This document shows positions 23,705-35,833 of a DNA stretch of 64,000 nt, one piece after another. The DNA is taken from NCBI GenBank assembly GCA_043228905.1, contig JBHGNT010000001.1:24242001-24306000 (forward strand). Reading direction: 5' to 3'. The stretch comes from Azolla caroliniana (taxonomy: Eukaryota; Plantae; Polypodiophyta). The notes beneath the pieces are model-generated. The model was not told the origin of the DNA, ran no database searches, and saw only the letters and a list, made by a program, of their open reading frames with translations. The position numbers and the translations under genes are program-made. The first letter of the stretch is position 1, and every line of letters begins with the position of its first letter.

Positions 23705-24830
23705 TGACTGATAGAAAGATATATTAATGTCTTCTAAGACTAAATTTCGCCCATGAGACAATTGGTTACAACAAAATGGGATGTGTACCCAATCATCAAA
23801 AATCAAAATAAAATAAAACTTAGATAAAAGAGTTCTCGTATTGTACAAAAGGCGTAATGGTGTAACAAATTCTATAAAGGAAATGGCCATGTGCTAAGCC
23901 TAGTTTCATTTCCATCTAAGTCTCTCGAAAAGGAGCAAGAGGTCAAAGGGTTTTGATGTGGGTGTGGCCTGTGGTCCTGATGTAAAAGGTACCCCATCCA
24001 TAGCTTCTAGGTGATGCAGTTGACATTCCCTTATCTTCTTAATTACTTCTACACAAGTGACTTTGAGGCTCAACATCCAAGGGAGTTTGGTTGTTCTTTG
24101 GTTTTCTACTTCAGCAAGGGAGAGGACAAGTAGTGCAAGAGTGTCCATGCTCATTGTCCGCTCCTGTCCTTGAAAATTTTCATTGATTACATTTTGGTGA
24201 ATATTAGAAAGGTTATGGTTAGCATTTTGTAGCTTATTCTCTATATGTTGTTTTAGCTCTAAAATATATCTATCTAGTTTCTTTATATCTGGGCAATATA
24301 ATAGTTTGGAGAGGGTGGGAGAGGGTCCTATTATGTATCTTGGTATTTTGCCCTTATCTCGACGTAAGTTGAACACTTGCATGTAAAGTGATACTCATCT
24401 TCTATCTCTATATGACATAATCTACATATCCTTTCTTCTATGGGGACTCTCCATTAGCATGACCTTTCTCAACATCAAGTTGGTGAGATGATACTCTAAG
24501 TTGTCCAATGGTAACCCTTAGTGTATTAGTAAGAACTTATGTAGATATTTTGTTCATATAATAAAACCTAACTTAGAGAAATGCGTGAAGTGTTCCTTAT
24601 AGTACAACATTTTAGGTGGGTGTGGCTCTAGTGGGTTGATCCATATATGTCAAGTGTAAATTTGTTATATTTCTTGGCATATTACTTTATTACAATCCTC
24701 ATGAGAGATTAAAGTTTTATTGGTCTCGTGGTTGTACCTAAGAGGAGGTAGGTTATTAATGTCTATGTCATTTGCAAAAACCCAACTTACATGTAGTGTT
24801 ATACCAAGAGCTAGTATCTCTAGACTCATA
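23705..24830 (-). mobile_element. 5'-truncated degenerate RTEX-like LINE, family A copy 2
   Basis: Colinear with 13100-14240, including the C-terminus PFD..LLFERL.WK* and the 3' UTR; its 3' end abuts (GA)n(GT)n at 23635-23706. Confidence 0.85.
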
Positions 24831-27800
24831 GAGAGCGAGAGATGCATTTCTATAATGTAGAGAGATATAGAGCCTTTTTTTACTGTTAGAAGCAAGTATG
24901 GTTAGGTCCTAATTACCTTTAACTAATGGTGGCTAGTTCCTTCATAGATATGAGCAATTATTGATTCCATTTGTATAGATATACTTTTATGGGTAATTTC
25001 ATATGAGATTTCTTATATCTGTTCTAAAATGTCCTTATTACTCAAAATCTAAGCACTCTCCTATAAATCATAAACAATTTAATTGGCAAGTTGTGTCATT
25101 ATTTTGATTTCCCAAAAGAGAATGAACTTTATGTAGTGGAGAGCCTTTACAAGGTGCTTCTCTCATGTCCATCCATTCTTATGGGAATACTTTGGGTTAT
25201 TAAACAAATAAAGTTTGTTTTGAATATTGGATCAATGCATAGTTCACCTCGACCTTAATGAAAGCACGACTTTGTAGATTCCATGAGATGAAAATGAGCA
25301 ACTTCTCTATGTAGAGCGCTTGTGCTAGAAGCAATCATGGGCGAGGTTGATTTCTAATAGTTGTAGCTCATTTCAACCTCTAAGAGAGAAACTTTGTGGG
25401 TTTCACAAGAGAATGTATGAGGCACTTTTCTCACATTGACCCATTGTGGGGGAAGTAATTAGAAAAAAGTGGATATTATATAATTATGGTGATGGTTCAA
25501 TGCATAGTTCACTCCAACCTTCACAAGAGAAAAACTTTGTGAGTTCCTCAATAAAATGAGCATACTCTAGTGGAGAGCCTTTTCGAGAAGCTTCATTTGT
25601 GTAAATTTTCTTGGATTCTAAGAGAGAAGGTACATCTTCTCGAGTAAATCCCTTAAGAGGGACACACTTGTGTTGAGCATTTGTGGAGGGCATAAACTAA
25701 ACCCACTTCATCAATTAAGCCTCGATATTGTATCCTTCACACCCTCTCCTCTACCCCTTTTGTGCCTTTTGCGCTTGTTATATTATCATAACATGCACTC
25801 ATACTCAAATGTACCTTCAACACACACACACACATACAACATCGCACTCACGTTTGTAATAAACACACATGAACATTGGCACACATACACACTTCAAGCA
25901 CATACTTCCTCACACATTCTAGCACATCAATGATCAAAGACAAGCACATTCTAATGTGCAACGAGTACATGTTTATAAGTGATGTTCCTTCAACTAAGCT
26001 TGATCAAAAGAAGCAAGGAGTGTTACCTTATCAGTTGACTTTCCCTCAACTCTAATTTAGGTCCTTGATGGTACCACTCTACATTTCATATGCTCTTGCC
26101 AATTCTTGTGAGAATTGGAGAATCAACTCCCTAACTTATTCACAAGGGATTTTGTCATCTTCTTTTTTATGCTTGATCTTTTTGTGAGTTAAGATTGTTT
26201 GCAGATTAAAACTTAAATGCATGCATGTGAATATTAAATTTCATTATGAGTTTATATATATGAATTAGATTAGCAACTAGTATAATCTAAAGTGGTTTTG
26301 TAGATTAGGTTGGAAATGGGAAGCAATTAATATACATTATGCATATGGAATTTGCTTTTTTTCTTGGGTATATTTTTTTTCCAAAAAATATGGAATTTGT
26401 TTTGGGTAAATGAACCAAATTATATAATAATTGAAAACTTTTAACATTATTAGGGTGAAAGACATGAATATAAGAAAGAGGGGCCAAGAGAATTTGTCAT
26501 TAGCCATGGCGAGCCAACAATTTATTACTAAGTCACCTTGGTCATCATAGGCCTCCCATATGTCCTCGTGATTTCCTTCCACCTTCGAAAACCCAACAAA
26601 GCATGGTTGTCTTTTCATATCAATTTATTAAACCAAATAATGAGATATGTTCCTCATTTTATAGTTTTAAAGAGCTTTTACATGATAAAAATGGAATCCT
26701 CTCTTTTGGCAATGCACCAATGCCTTTTCTTTTAAGCATACACTCACACTTATCTTGAGATCTCTTCATCATTTTATAGCTTTTCGGAGCTCTTAAAATA
26801 AAAAAAATAGACTCCACATCCAAATTAACCATAGTTCTTTCCAAAACCATGGGCTAGGAATACGAGCACAGAAATCAATTATACATAAAAGACTGTGTAT
26901 ACCTTAAGTTGCCTTGCAACATATTCAAGCACTTAATTGAAACTAAACATGATTTACCCAACAATCATTTTCATAAATGAATATGGATGAACTTGGATCT
27001 ATTTGCAAGAAATGAATAGTTATAATGTTTATTTTTATTTCTTCTTCTTCTTCTAATCCTTTGTACATATATGCTAGTTTTAATTTTTAACATTCTAATT
27101 GTGTTATAATTTACTATGATGCAACTTATTTGATTGTGCACATAAATGCACTTAGGCTTATTTTGCACTTCCAACTATTGGTATCCAATATTTCCATCTA
27201 TATTTTGATTTTCTCATCTCCATTTTGCAAACAAACTTCATTAGATCATGTTTAATGAGTTATTTGTCATCTAGTACTTCAATATTCAAGCTTCAAATGT
27301 ACTTCAAACAAAGTGTTTTGGCAAATTTGGATAATGGAGGAAGAGCCGCATACTTTGCGCATGTTTGTTTTCTTTAATTTGACTTTAGAAGAGTTGTATA
27401 GTCATGACTCATTATCGTAGACACTAAAAAAACTTTTAAGGTTGCGGAAGAGGGTACATCAAGAAATTGGAGGTTTCCCTAAATTTTGTAATATAGCTAC
27501 AGTGTCATGAGTGGTGTTCAGAATGAGTTGTCAACCCTAAAGCGAGGATGGATTGGGAGTCATGCACATCCGTTACCCCTTTTCTCCACTACACAAGCAG
27601 TACTACATGTTGTATCTTGACTAGAGAAGGGCATGATAATGTCATCATGTAGAAGGCATTTTGGATTGTCGCCTTCTCATGCTTGTTGTGCTTAGCTGGG
27701 TATGTTGTGGCACATTTGCCTAAGAAGGTCATGTCAACGGTTTATATGTTATATTATGGAAAACTTAAAGAGCAGGACACTATGCTTCAACACTTTATAT

Positions 27801-28742
27801 GTGTTCACTCCATTGTTAGTAGTTTTTAAACTATTGTAACTAAATTTAAAAGCCATGCCTTAATAACAAATTTAAAATCTCGGTAATCGTATTTACAACT
27901 AATATATGCACTCTTGCTTCCAAAATGTATTATTCGTCCTTTGTCTTCTAGTCGAAGAAGGGGCTTTTTGTTTCAACTCCTTTTCCTCCTTTTTCCCCTA
28001 GTTTCCGTGAGAACATTCAAGTTTTTTGAGAACTCCCAAACATAAGGTATATTCGAAAAAAGAATGAGTTTTGCTAGTCCAATGATGACGAGGATGAACA
28101 GACATGTGTACTTAGTCAACTTTAGAAGAGCTGTACATCCATGATATTTTGTTCAACAAATTAAACTTTCTCTTAAGCATGTGGAGTTGAGTAGACACAA
28201 AATATTATCCCACATTTCAATCTAATTTCCAACAACATTGTGAGCATAATGTAGAAGGTGTAGCACAACATTAGTCCTAACTAATTGGGGCACTTGATAT
28301 ATGGTAGGGTTTTAACGATCAACCTTGAGGAGTTCACCATATATAAACGTGTGATACCTTCAGTTTATGTTCAAACTTCGTAACTGCAGAATTTTTGGTA
28401 CTTGTATGAATTAAACAACCGCTTATGTAATTTATATGCGTCCGCATGGTGTGTGCAAGAAAAAGAGGGGTTTGAAAATCCTCTCACTTTGGGTTCATTG
28501 CAAGGGAGCTCTAGCTACAAACATAACTTGTGATTCCAAGCTAATAAGTTGAGGTTCTTTTTTATGGTTTGTTTACGTTTTCGACAACTTGGGGGGGGGG
28601 GGGGGGTGTGGCTCAAGATCACACATAGTGTTGGGAGGCAATTTTATACCAAAAAAGTTTATAGTGAGGCTAAGACTTCGCGTGCATATACGTACACCAT
28701 ATAAGCACAAGAAGAAGAAGAAGTGAGGAAAACACAAGCCCA

Positions 28743-28774
<32 letters not shown>

Positions 28775-29125
28775 ACCCTAACAGATCTATTAATTAGAAA
28801 TATTAAATAATTAAAATAGAAGCATTGACTTTTATTTCAATATTAGACAGCCAAGGAAAAACAAGAAAAATATCAATTCCAAAACTTCGTTGATACATAT
28901 ACATTATAAATTTCGTAAGCATTGACTATTTGCAAATTAGACAACAAAGGAAAAACAATAAAAGGATCAATTCCAAAACATTGTTTATATATTATACATT
29001 ATACATATATCATATATGTATATGTATGTTCGCCTTTCATGTCAATCTATTTAGCTCAGAAATTATAAAGTCATAATATATTGCCCCTAGTTTCCTTTAT
29101 TTAATTATTTCATCTTCCCCTTCGC

Positions 29126-29133
29126 TATAAATA
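29126..29133 (+). promoter_or_regulatory. Candidate TATA box of the pectin methylesterase gene
   Basis: cTATAAATA about 400 nt upstream of the ATG, followed by a CA-rich leader. Confidence 0.5.
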
Positions 29134-29218
29134 ACAGGCCTCCAAACTCCTCACAATCAGCAGCATATGCTCGAACGCACAGCTTAGCCCACATGCGCAC
29201 ACAACACACACACTCACT

Positions 29219-29247
29219 CTAACCCTAACCCTAACCCTAACCCTAAC
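29219..29247. repeat. (CTAACC)4+ = TTAGGG-type telomere-like microsatellite in the presumed PME 5' leader
   Basis: Sequence ctaaccctaaccctaaccctaaccctaac. Confidence 0.85.
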
Positions 29248-29527
29248 TACTACTAATTACTAGCCCTAATTACAATCTAGACGGCATTTAATTAACATCC
29301 ATCTAGCCATTATTAAGTCTCTATCCCTGTACTTTGCTAATTAATTCGACGCAAATCCTTATACAATTCGTACATTCAATTTATATTTGCAGGCCTTGAT
29401 TAGCCTAGCCTATTATTAACTATAGTAAATTTTGTATGATCCATTCACACACACGATAGCTTAAAACCACTTTACAAACTTCAAATCAAAATCATAAAAT
29501 ATATAAGCACTAGTTGAATTACACACA

Positions 29528-32159
29528 ATGAAGGCCCACGCTATAGCGTTATCGTTGTACCTTGGTGTGGCACTACTTGCGATCATCATCACCGACGGAT
29601 GTCTTGATCACAATATGATCCGATGTGTTGGGGCAGATAGCGATGAGGAAGATAGTTGGTTGGGTCGCATGTCGAGGACATCTAGCCCAATCGGCGTCCA
29701 ACCCGAAGAGTACAACCATAAGGGGAGCATGTGGATCCATCACAAACATCATCACACCTCATCGTCAGGCAAGAAGGGTCGCCGCGGCTTGGAAATCTCT
29801 GACCTAACTTCGGGTGAGTCTTTCGCTGCGTCCACCCCCACTACCCCGAAGACTATTGTGGTCGCTAAAGATGGTTCGGGTCACTTCAAGACGGTGAATG
29901 CGGCCGTAAAGAGCATCTCCAAATCTAACTCCAAACGCATCATCATCCACATCAAGGCTGGAATCTACAAGTATATTCACCATGATTCTCCCATTGCCCA
30001 ATCCTCAACTTAACTTGCATTGGTCATGTTGGACCCTAGTAGGATAGTAGTAGTAATATATACACATTTTGCACATCCATGTATGCATATGGCAACTACT
30101 TACTTATATATAGCACATTAAACTTGTCTTCTTTGGTAAAACATTTGGTAGATTAAAATGTCTACTTTGATACAATCCCCTTACTTGTGGACTCTAGGGC
30201 TACAATCACCATTCTTAATGCAAATTTCTTGAGTATCCCAGGAACTTATGGGGTGGCATGGTTAATGGAGGTTAGCCAGCTAATTTTGGAGGCAATGTTC
30301 TTTATATATAGATCTAGCCGTTATGGACTTGGGAGAATTTACAACAATAGAAGCTTTCCAGCTAGGCTCTTAGTAATGGGCGATGGCATTTAGTGTTTGT
30401 TAACCCTCCAAAACTATTAATTTAAATGTATGGACATGCATGTGAAAATATGTACAATGTGTCCTACAGCGATTCATGATACAATAAGATTTGGTAACCA
30501 CCATCTATTAAACACAAGAACATGCAGAGTGAAGAGATATAATAAATAATATATATATATATATCCCTTATTAGCTACTAGCTGTTTTTTGCTTGTATGT
30601 CAAAGTCAATCCACAAAAGTTGTTATTAAATTATTGAAAAAGGAATGTAGTATATATTGTTGCCTTCTGAATTCATGGCCAAAAAGATTAATTAATATAT
30701 ATATATTCTTGCACCACTTTGGATTCATGGCAAAATATAAATGATTTGTATGCTCTGATCAAAACTGAATATTTCAATGTCTGTACTGCAGAGAGAAAGT
30801 GATAGTAGATCAAGATTGGATCACGTTCCAAGGGGATGGTCCTCGCCTCACCGAAATCCAATGGGGTGATACCGCAACTTCCGCGGGGAGCACCTTCAAA
30901 TCTGCAACGGTCGCTGTAAATGGTGACCATTTCACCGCAAAAGATATCTCCTTCAGGGTAAAATAATTTTTAGATTCATGTATTGACGTTCATCCAAATT
31001 CCATTACCAGAGCTATATATAAGGAGATGCAAAACCTTTGATTTAAAAAAAAAAACCTAAACTAAACTGCAGAACTGATATAAATGTGGTAGCATAAGAG
31101 ATCTGTTTTTGTTATCAAAATCTTTGTGAAATCTGAGTGTTCTCTCGAATGCAGAACACTGCACCTCCACCCCCCGGTGGCGCGGTGGGGAGGCAGGCGG
31201 TGGCATTGCGGATCAGCGGTGATTGTGCCGCCTTCTACAATGTCAATTTCTACGGCGCACAGGACACACTGTACGACCACAAGGGCCGCCATTACTTCTT
31301 CCGCTGCTTCATCGAGGGCTCCATCGATATGATCTTCGGCAACGGCCGATCCTTCTACTTCGTATGTATACATTGATTCATCCATCACATATACATTGAT
31401 TCATCCATCATATATACATTGTATTCATCCATCATATACATATACATTGTATTCATCCATCATATATACATTGCATTCATCTGCAGAACTAAATGCCCAT
31501 CATCCCACTTGAGACCTACATACCATACCATACCATCATCATTCCATGCACATTCCACTTGCTCTCTTTGTTCATGAATATTTTTATAATCTCATGCTTT
31601 TTTAAGTCATGATTTTTTTAATTTTTTGACATCCATGAGCTTCTCGTGATTTTTAGCAATGCCGGATCCACTCGATCGCGTCTCCGAATGGATCCCTCAC
31701 CGCCCAGAAGAGGCAATTTACGTCGGAGAACACGGGCTTCTCGTTCGTCCGATGTGTTGTTACGGGGTCGGGGTCCATTTACTTGGGGCGCGCCTGGGGT
31801 CCTGCCTCCCGAGTCGTCTACTCCTACACCTACTTCGACAACATCATCCTCCCCCAAGGATGGTTCAACTGGGCTGACCCTGCTAGAGAAAAGTGAGATG
31901 CATCCATTCATATATCTTGTCAAATCCTAGATGCAAGCTAGCCAATTTATCACCTCACATATTAGCAAATCACCTTATATGTTGTTGTTGTTGTTGTTCC
32001 GTGGGTAGGACCGTCTTCTATGCCGAGTACAAGTGTTTCGGACCGGGCTCAAATAGGGCAAAGCGAGTTTCCTGGTCCCGAGTCCTCACAGACAAACAAG
32101 CCCTCCCATTCATTCATACCGGTTTCATAAATGGTGAAAAGTGGCTCTCCAAATCCTAG
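29528..32159 (+). CDS. PME: Pectin methylesterase (CE8, no PMEI pro-domain), 5 exons, 400 aa
   Basis: Exons 29528-29970, 30792-30957, 31155-31361, 31657-31892 and 32009-32159, all GT-AG, sum to 1203 nt in frame. Signal peptide; motifs [41 protein letters not shown]. Confidence 0.95.
31365..31482. repeat. Short tandem repeat (tatacattg[t]attcatccatca) x4-5 in PME intron 3
   Basis: Direct inspection. Confidence 0.8.
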
Positions 32160-33334
32160 GTATCATTGTACGGCAGAGGAATTAGAACGAATGTCGTTGT
32201 CAACACATCCCAATGTTACAACTTACCATAGCATTTTGATGCATCTACCACACTTTTACAAAAAACTCAATCCCAAGTATCTACCAACCATATTTGCGAT
32301 ATTGACCTTACCTATATAGGTTTCACAATTTGTTGGATGTGAGTTCTCATTGAATTCCATAATAAGATAAGCCTAGAGATCCTTTTACTTCATTAAAGCC
32401 CGCCCTCAAAAATTCTCCATTTCATCATTCAAAACTTTGGGTGGCGTGTTCACAATTATTTATTAAATAAAACCAGTACATTTTATTGATAATCTATCGC
32501 AAAACAATACCAATCTAGTTTAATACTTTCTTCACGTTGGCCCTTACCACAACACATGATATACTACCCATTATATTGAAATCAACCATGGTAAGCACAC
32601 TTAAGTCAACATTTATGTTAAATGAATTATTGGGAACAATATTGAGCACATGTAAGCCAACAATGTGAAGTGTACTCAATGCCGTTTGTTTGATAGTATA
32701 GTGCCAAATCATTTACAAACTATTTTTCCTAAATTCTATGAAAGATCCAAGGCCTCCTCCTCATCTCATATTAAAATGGTGATTGAATATTGAAGGACAT
32801 TTACACTACTTCCATTTAGCAGCAAGAAGGCTACTAGCTAAGAGTAGGGAGACTATGTTTCCCATGAACCTGAGTGAAAACTATGCCCATTAGAGAAGTA
32901 CATAAATGAGATTTTTATTTGACTATACAAAAAAACGGATAAGATATCAAGAGATAATGTACACAAGAAAATAAATAAAAGCTTAACGGATCATGTATGA
33001 TCTATAAAGAGGATTCAGGATTATAAAATTCTGACAGTGGGACAGAGAGCAAGGCCCAAGGCTAACATTGAACCAAATTTGTTTGATAAAAATTAGAGAC
33101 ATCAATATCATCCGCACACTGCATTGTGTCAATCTAATGATTCATGAGATATATCAATTAAAAACATTCATGTATCTCTCAACATCATACCACATTATCA
33201 TATGAGATTATACCATCGGTAAAACGTGCATGTAGCTTCTAGAATTATCGTTAGCATCATTAACATCAGTTAGTGGTCATCGATATCATTCACTATCATG
33301 AGTTTAGTCCACAATTTGAAAATAGGGTACAAAT

Positions 33335-35833
33335 AAGTGCAATTCCCAAACCCTGGTGATAATCATGTTAGGCCTATTTGATGTGCTCTTGGCGTTTAGT
33401 TAGAAATTGTTGCATTTGTGAAAGAGAAAGTAAACATGGGAATTCTTGAACCATCCAACGCACCTTACTTGAATAGGTGATTCACAATTCCAAAGAAGAA
33501 CGGAACATTACGATCCATCAAAGATTTCCAACCCATAAACAAAGATTCTTGGGGGTATGTGCTTTCTACCTCAATTGGATTCCACACTATGCCCATGTGG
33601 TTGAACGTTTGTATAGGCTACTAACAAAGGCGAAGAATTTTAGCTTAAAGCCCTATCACTAAGGAAGCCCGGTCCACGTACTTGGGTCACCTATATTTGT
33701 GACAAGAGATATAAGTTTGCTTGGTATTTGATAGTTTATCAACCAACAGGATGGAATAAGATATGCAATCCGATTTGGACCAAATGTCTTAATTGAAAAG
33801 CAAAAGAAGTATGGCCCTCAACCAAAACGAGAATTGTGGGGAATTGTGACGGTTGTAAAGATAGAGCAAGATTACTCAATCAGTGCAGATATTGTTATTG
33901 AGACAGATTACCTTCCAATCCTTGGAATAATTTCTCGATGCACAACACTAGGTATACCTATGTTGTGATAGATAACGTAGATCAAATCACTTAACCTATA
34001 ATTTTCTGGCATGTGGTTGGGAAGGATAATGCTAATGCTAGGTACCATGAAGAAATTGAGAAGTCGGAGGATGATGTAGAGGAACTTGATTGTTTCAAGA
34101 CAGCTACCGCATTTGTTGAAAGAGATGGCGAAGCTACATTCTCTAGATTCAAGGAAGAGGAGTATGAAGACAATTTGCTGCTTGTAGGCCGATTCTTGGT
34201 GATCACATTAAACTATAGATTCATCATGGATGAAAGAAGAGGCTCAGAGGATTCGAAAGAAGGCATACACACTATTGAGCGTAGTTTGGAAGAAGGAAGA
34301 CCAAAGAATGTTGGTATCTGAGGATCATGAAAGTCCTTGGGCAAGACCCAAAGGTATTTGGGTGACATTCTCTAAAATAAAAGGGAAGTATCGGTGGCTA
34401 GGAATGTACAAAGATGTGGCACACTTCATGAAAAAGTGTGAAAGTTGTCAAATGTACTCGAATGTGTGGCATAGAGATGATCTTTACTTGATTAACACGA
34501 TGGTGGTGCATTTCAAGTGGATGGTGGACTTTGTAGCAATACTGAAGGGAGTCGGTCATATGAAATAGTTGATAGGACCTCACATACCAAGTGGGAGGAA
34601 TGACTCTAAGAAATAAGACCAACAAAGATGTGCAAATTTCTCTTGGAAAATGTGATACGCCAATATCGATGTGCACGGAAGATAGTAGATGATAGAGGGG
34701 AGCTAAATGCGAATGAAGCTTGGGAGCTATTGAGCATCTTGGGCATTAAGGTTTCCCTTACAACTACATACAATCCAGAGGCAAATACGAAGATACAGTG
34801 AGGACATAGCCCAATATTCATGGAAATTGTTAAAGCATGTGGAGGAAAGGTTAGAGATTGACCTCGACTACTACTTTAAGCCTTGTGTCTAGATAAAACT
34901 ACCCATAGCATTGTGACATGATATATACCATCACAACTTATGTATGGTCAAAAACCTAAAATTCCCATTGAAGAGTCAATCACATTGTGGGTGGCAATGC
35001 CATTCAATGATGAAATAGGTAGGGAGGACCTATTGGCAATATGAATAAGTAAGCTTGAATAATACCCAAAGAACTTAATGTTGGCATCGGAAAAATTGAA
35101 GGATGTTAGAGTCTATAAAAAGAGGAAGTGTGACAAAATACCTATGTTCGAAGAAGATCGAGGAAGGGGGATTGGGTCATTGTCCATGACGGTAGCTTAG
35201 AAAACCAACATAGCCCGATGAGGAAGTTTGCAAGGTGATGGTTTGGGCTATATAAGGTAATCCTAGTTAATGACAATGCCACCTATCATCACATTAAATA
35301 GGACAGAATGAGGTTGGCAATACCAATAGCTTAGAATCTAGAATCAAGACCTTCATGAAATCACAGGAAAAAGAACCATGATTTCAAGGCCTTGAGGTCA
35401 ACAACAACGATGAAGGGTGAAGGACGTAAAGAGTGATTGCTTGCCCTTACTACAATCGGTACATACCGGAGGATGTGTAGCTTTGGTGGGGATGGATGTC
35501 ATGTTGTGGGGGGCACATAGGAAGAAACAAGTTCAACTTGAAAGATATAGAAGGTTGTGCAATAGCGCAAGGGTATGGTAAGAATGACATAGACTTAGTT
35601 GTATTTAAATATAACAAAAAGGCTTACCCTAGTGGGTAATAGTTTGTAGTGGAGGTTAGGGTTTTGAGTCTCGTTTGGACTATATAGGAGATCAACTATA
35701 CAAATGAATGGAATGATAAACTTCACTCCATGTAACCGAGTCAAGAGTTCACTCGCTGTTTTTGCTCATTCTTATGGACTTAGAGTTGCTTATTGTTTTT
35801 AATATATAAATATTCAAATATCTCTTTGTGAAA
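33335..35833 (+). mobile_element. Highly degenerate non-chromoviral Ty3/gypsy (RT, RH and INT remnants, PPT, partial 3' LTR from 35497)
   Basis: MGILEPSNAPY, FLGVCAFY..WIPHYA, KYRWLGMYKDV..CESCQ, KWMVD, TTTYNPEAN remnants; purine tract before TGTCATG at 35497. Confidence 0.75.

Noticed and set aside
24880-28200. Old LTR or transposase remnants with degenerate direct repeats (25090-25620)
   Set aside because: No termini, TSD or diagnostic protein motif could be fixed.
29219-29247. True telomere or chromosome fusion scar
   Set aside because: Only four to five repeats in one orientation within a gene leader.
35620-35675. A further A/B-box cassette in the gypsy 3' LTR
   Set aside because: The boxes are poor matches, the spacing is short and the orientation is sense; too weak to count.
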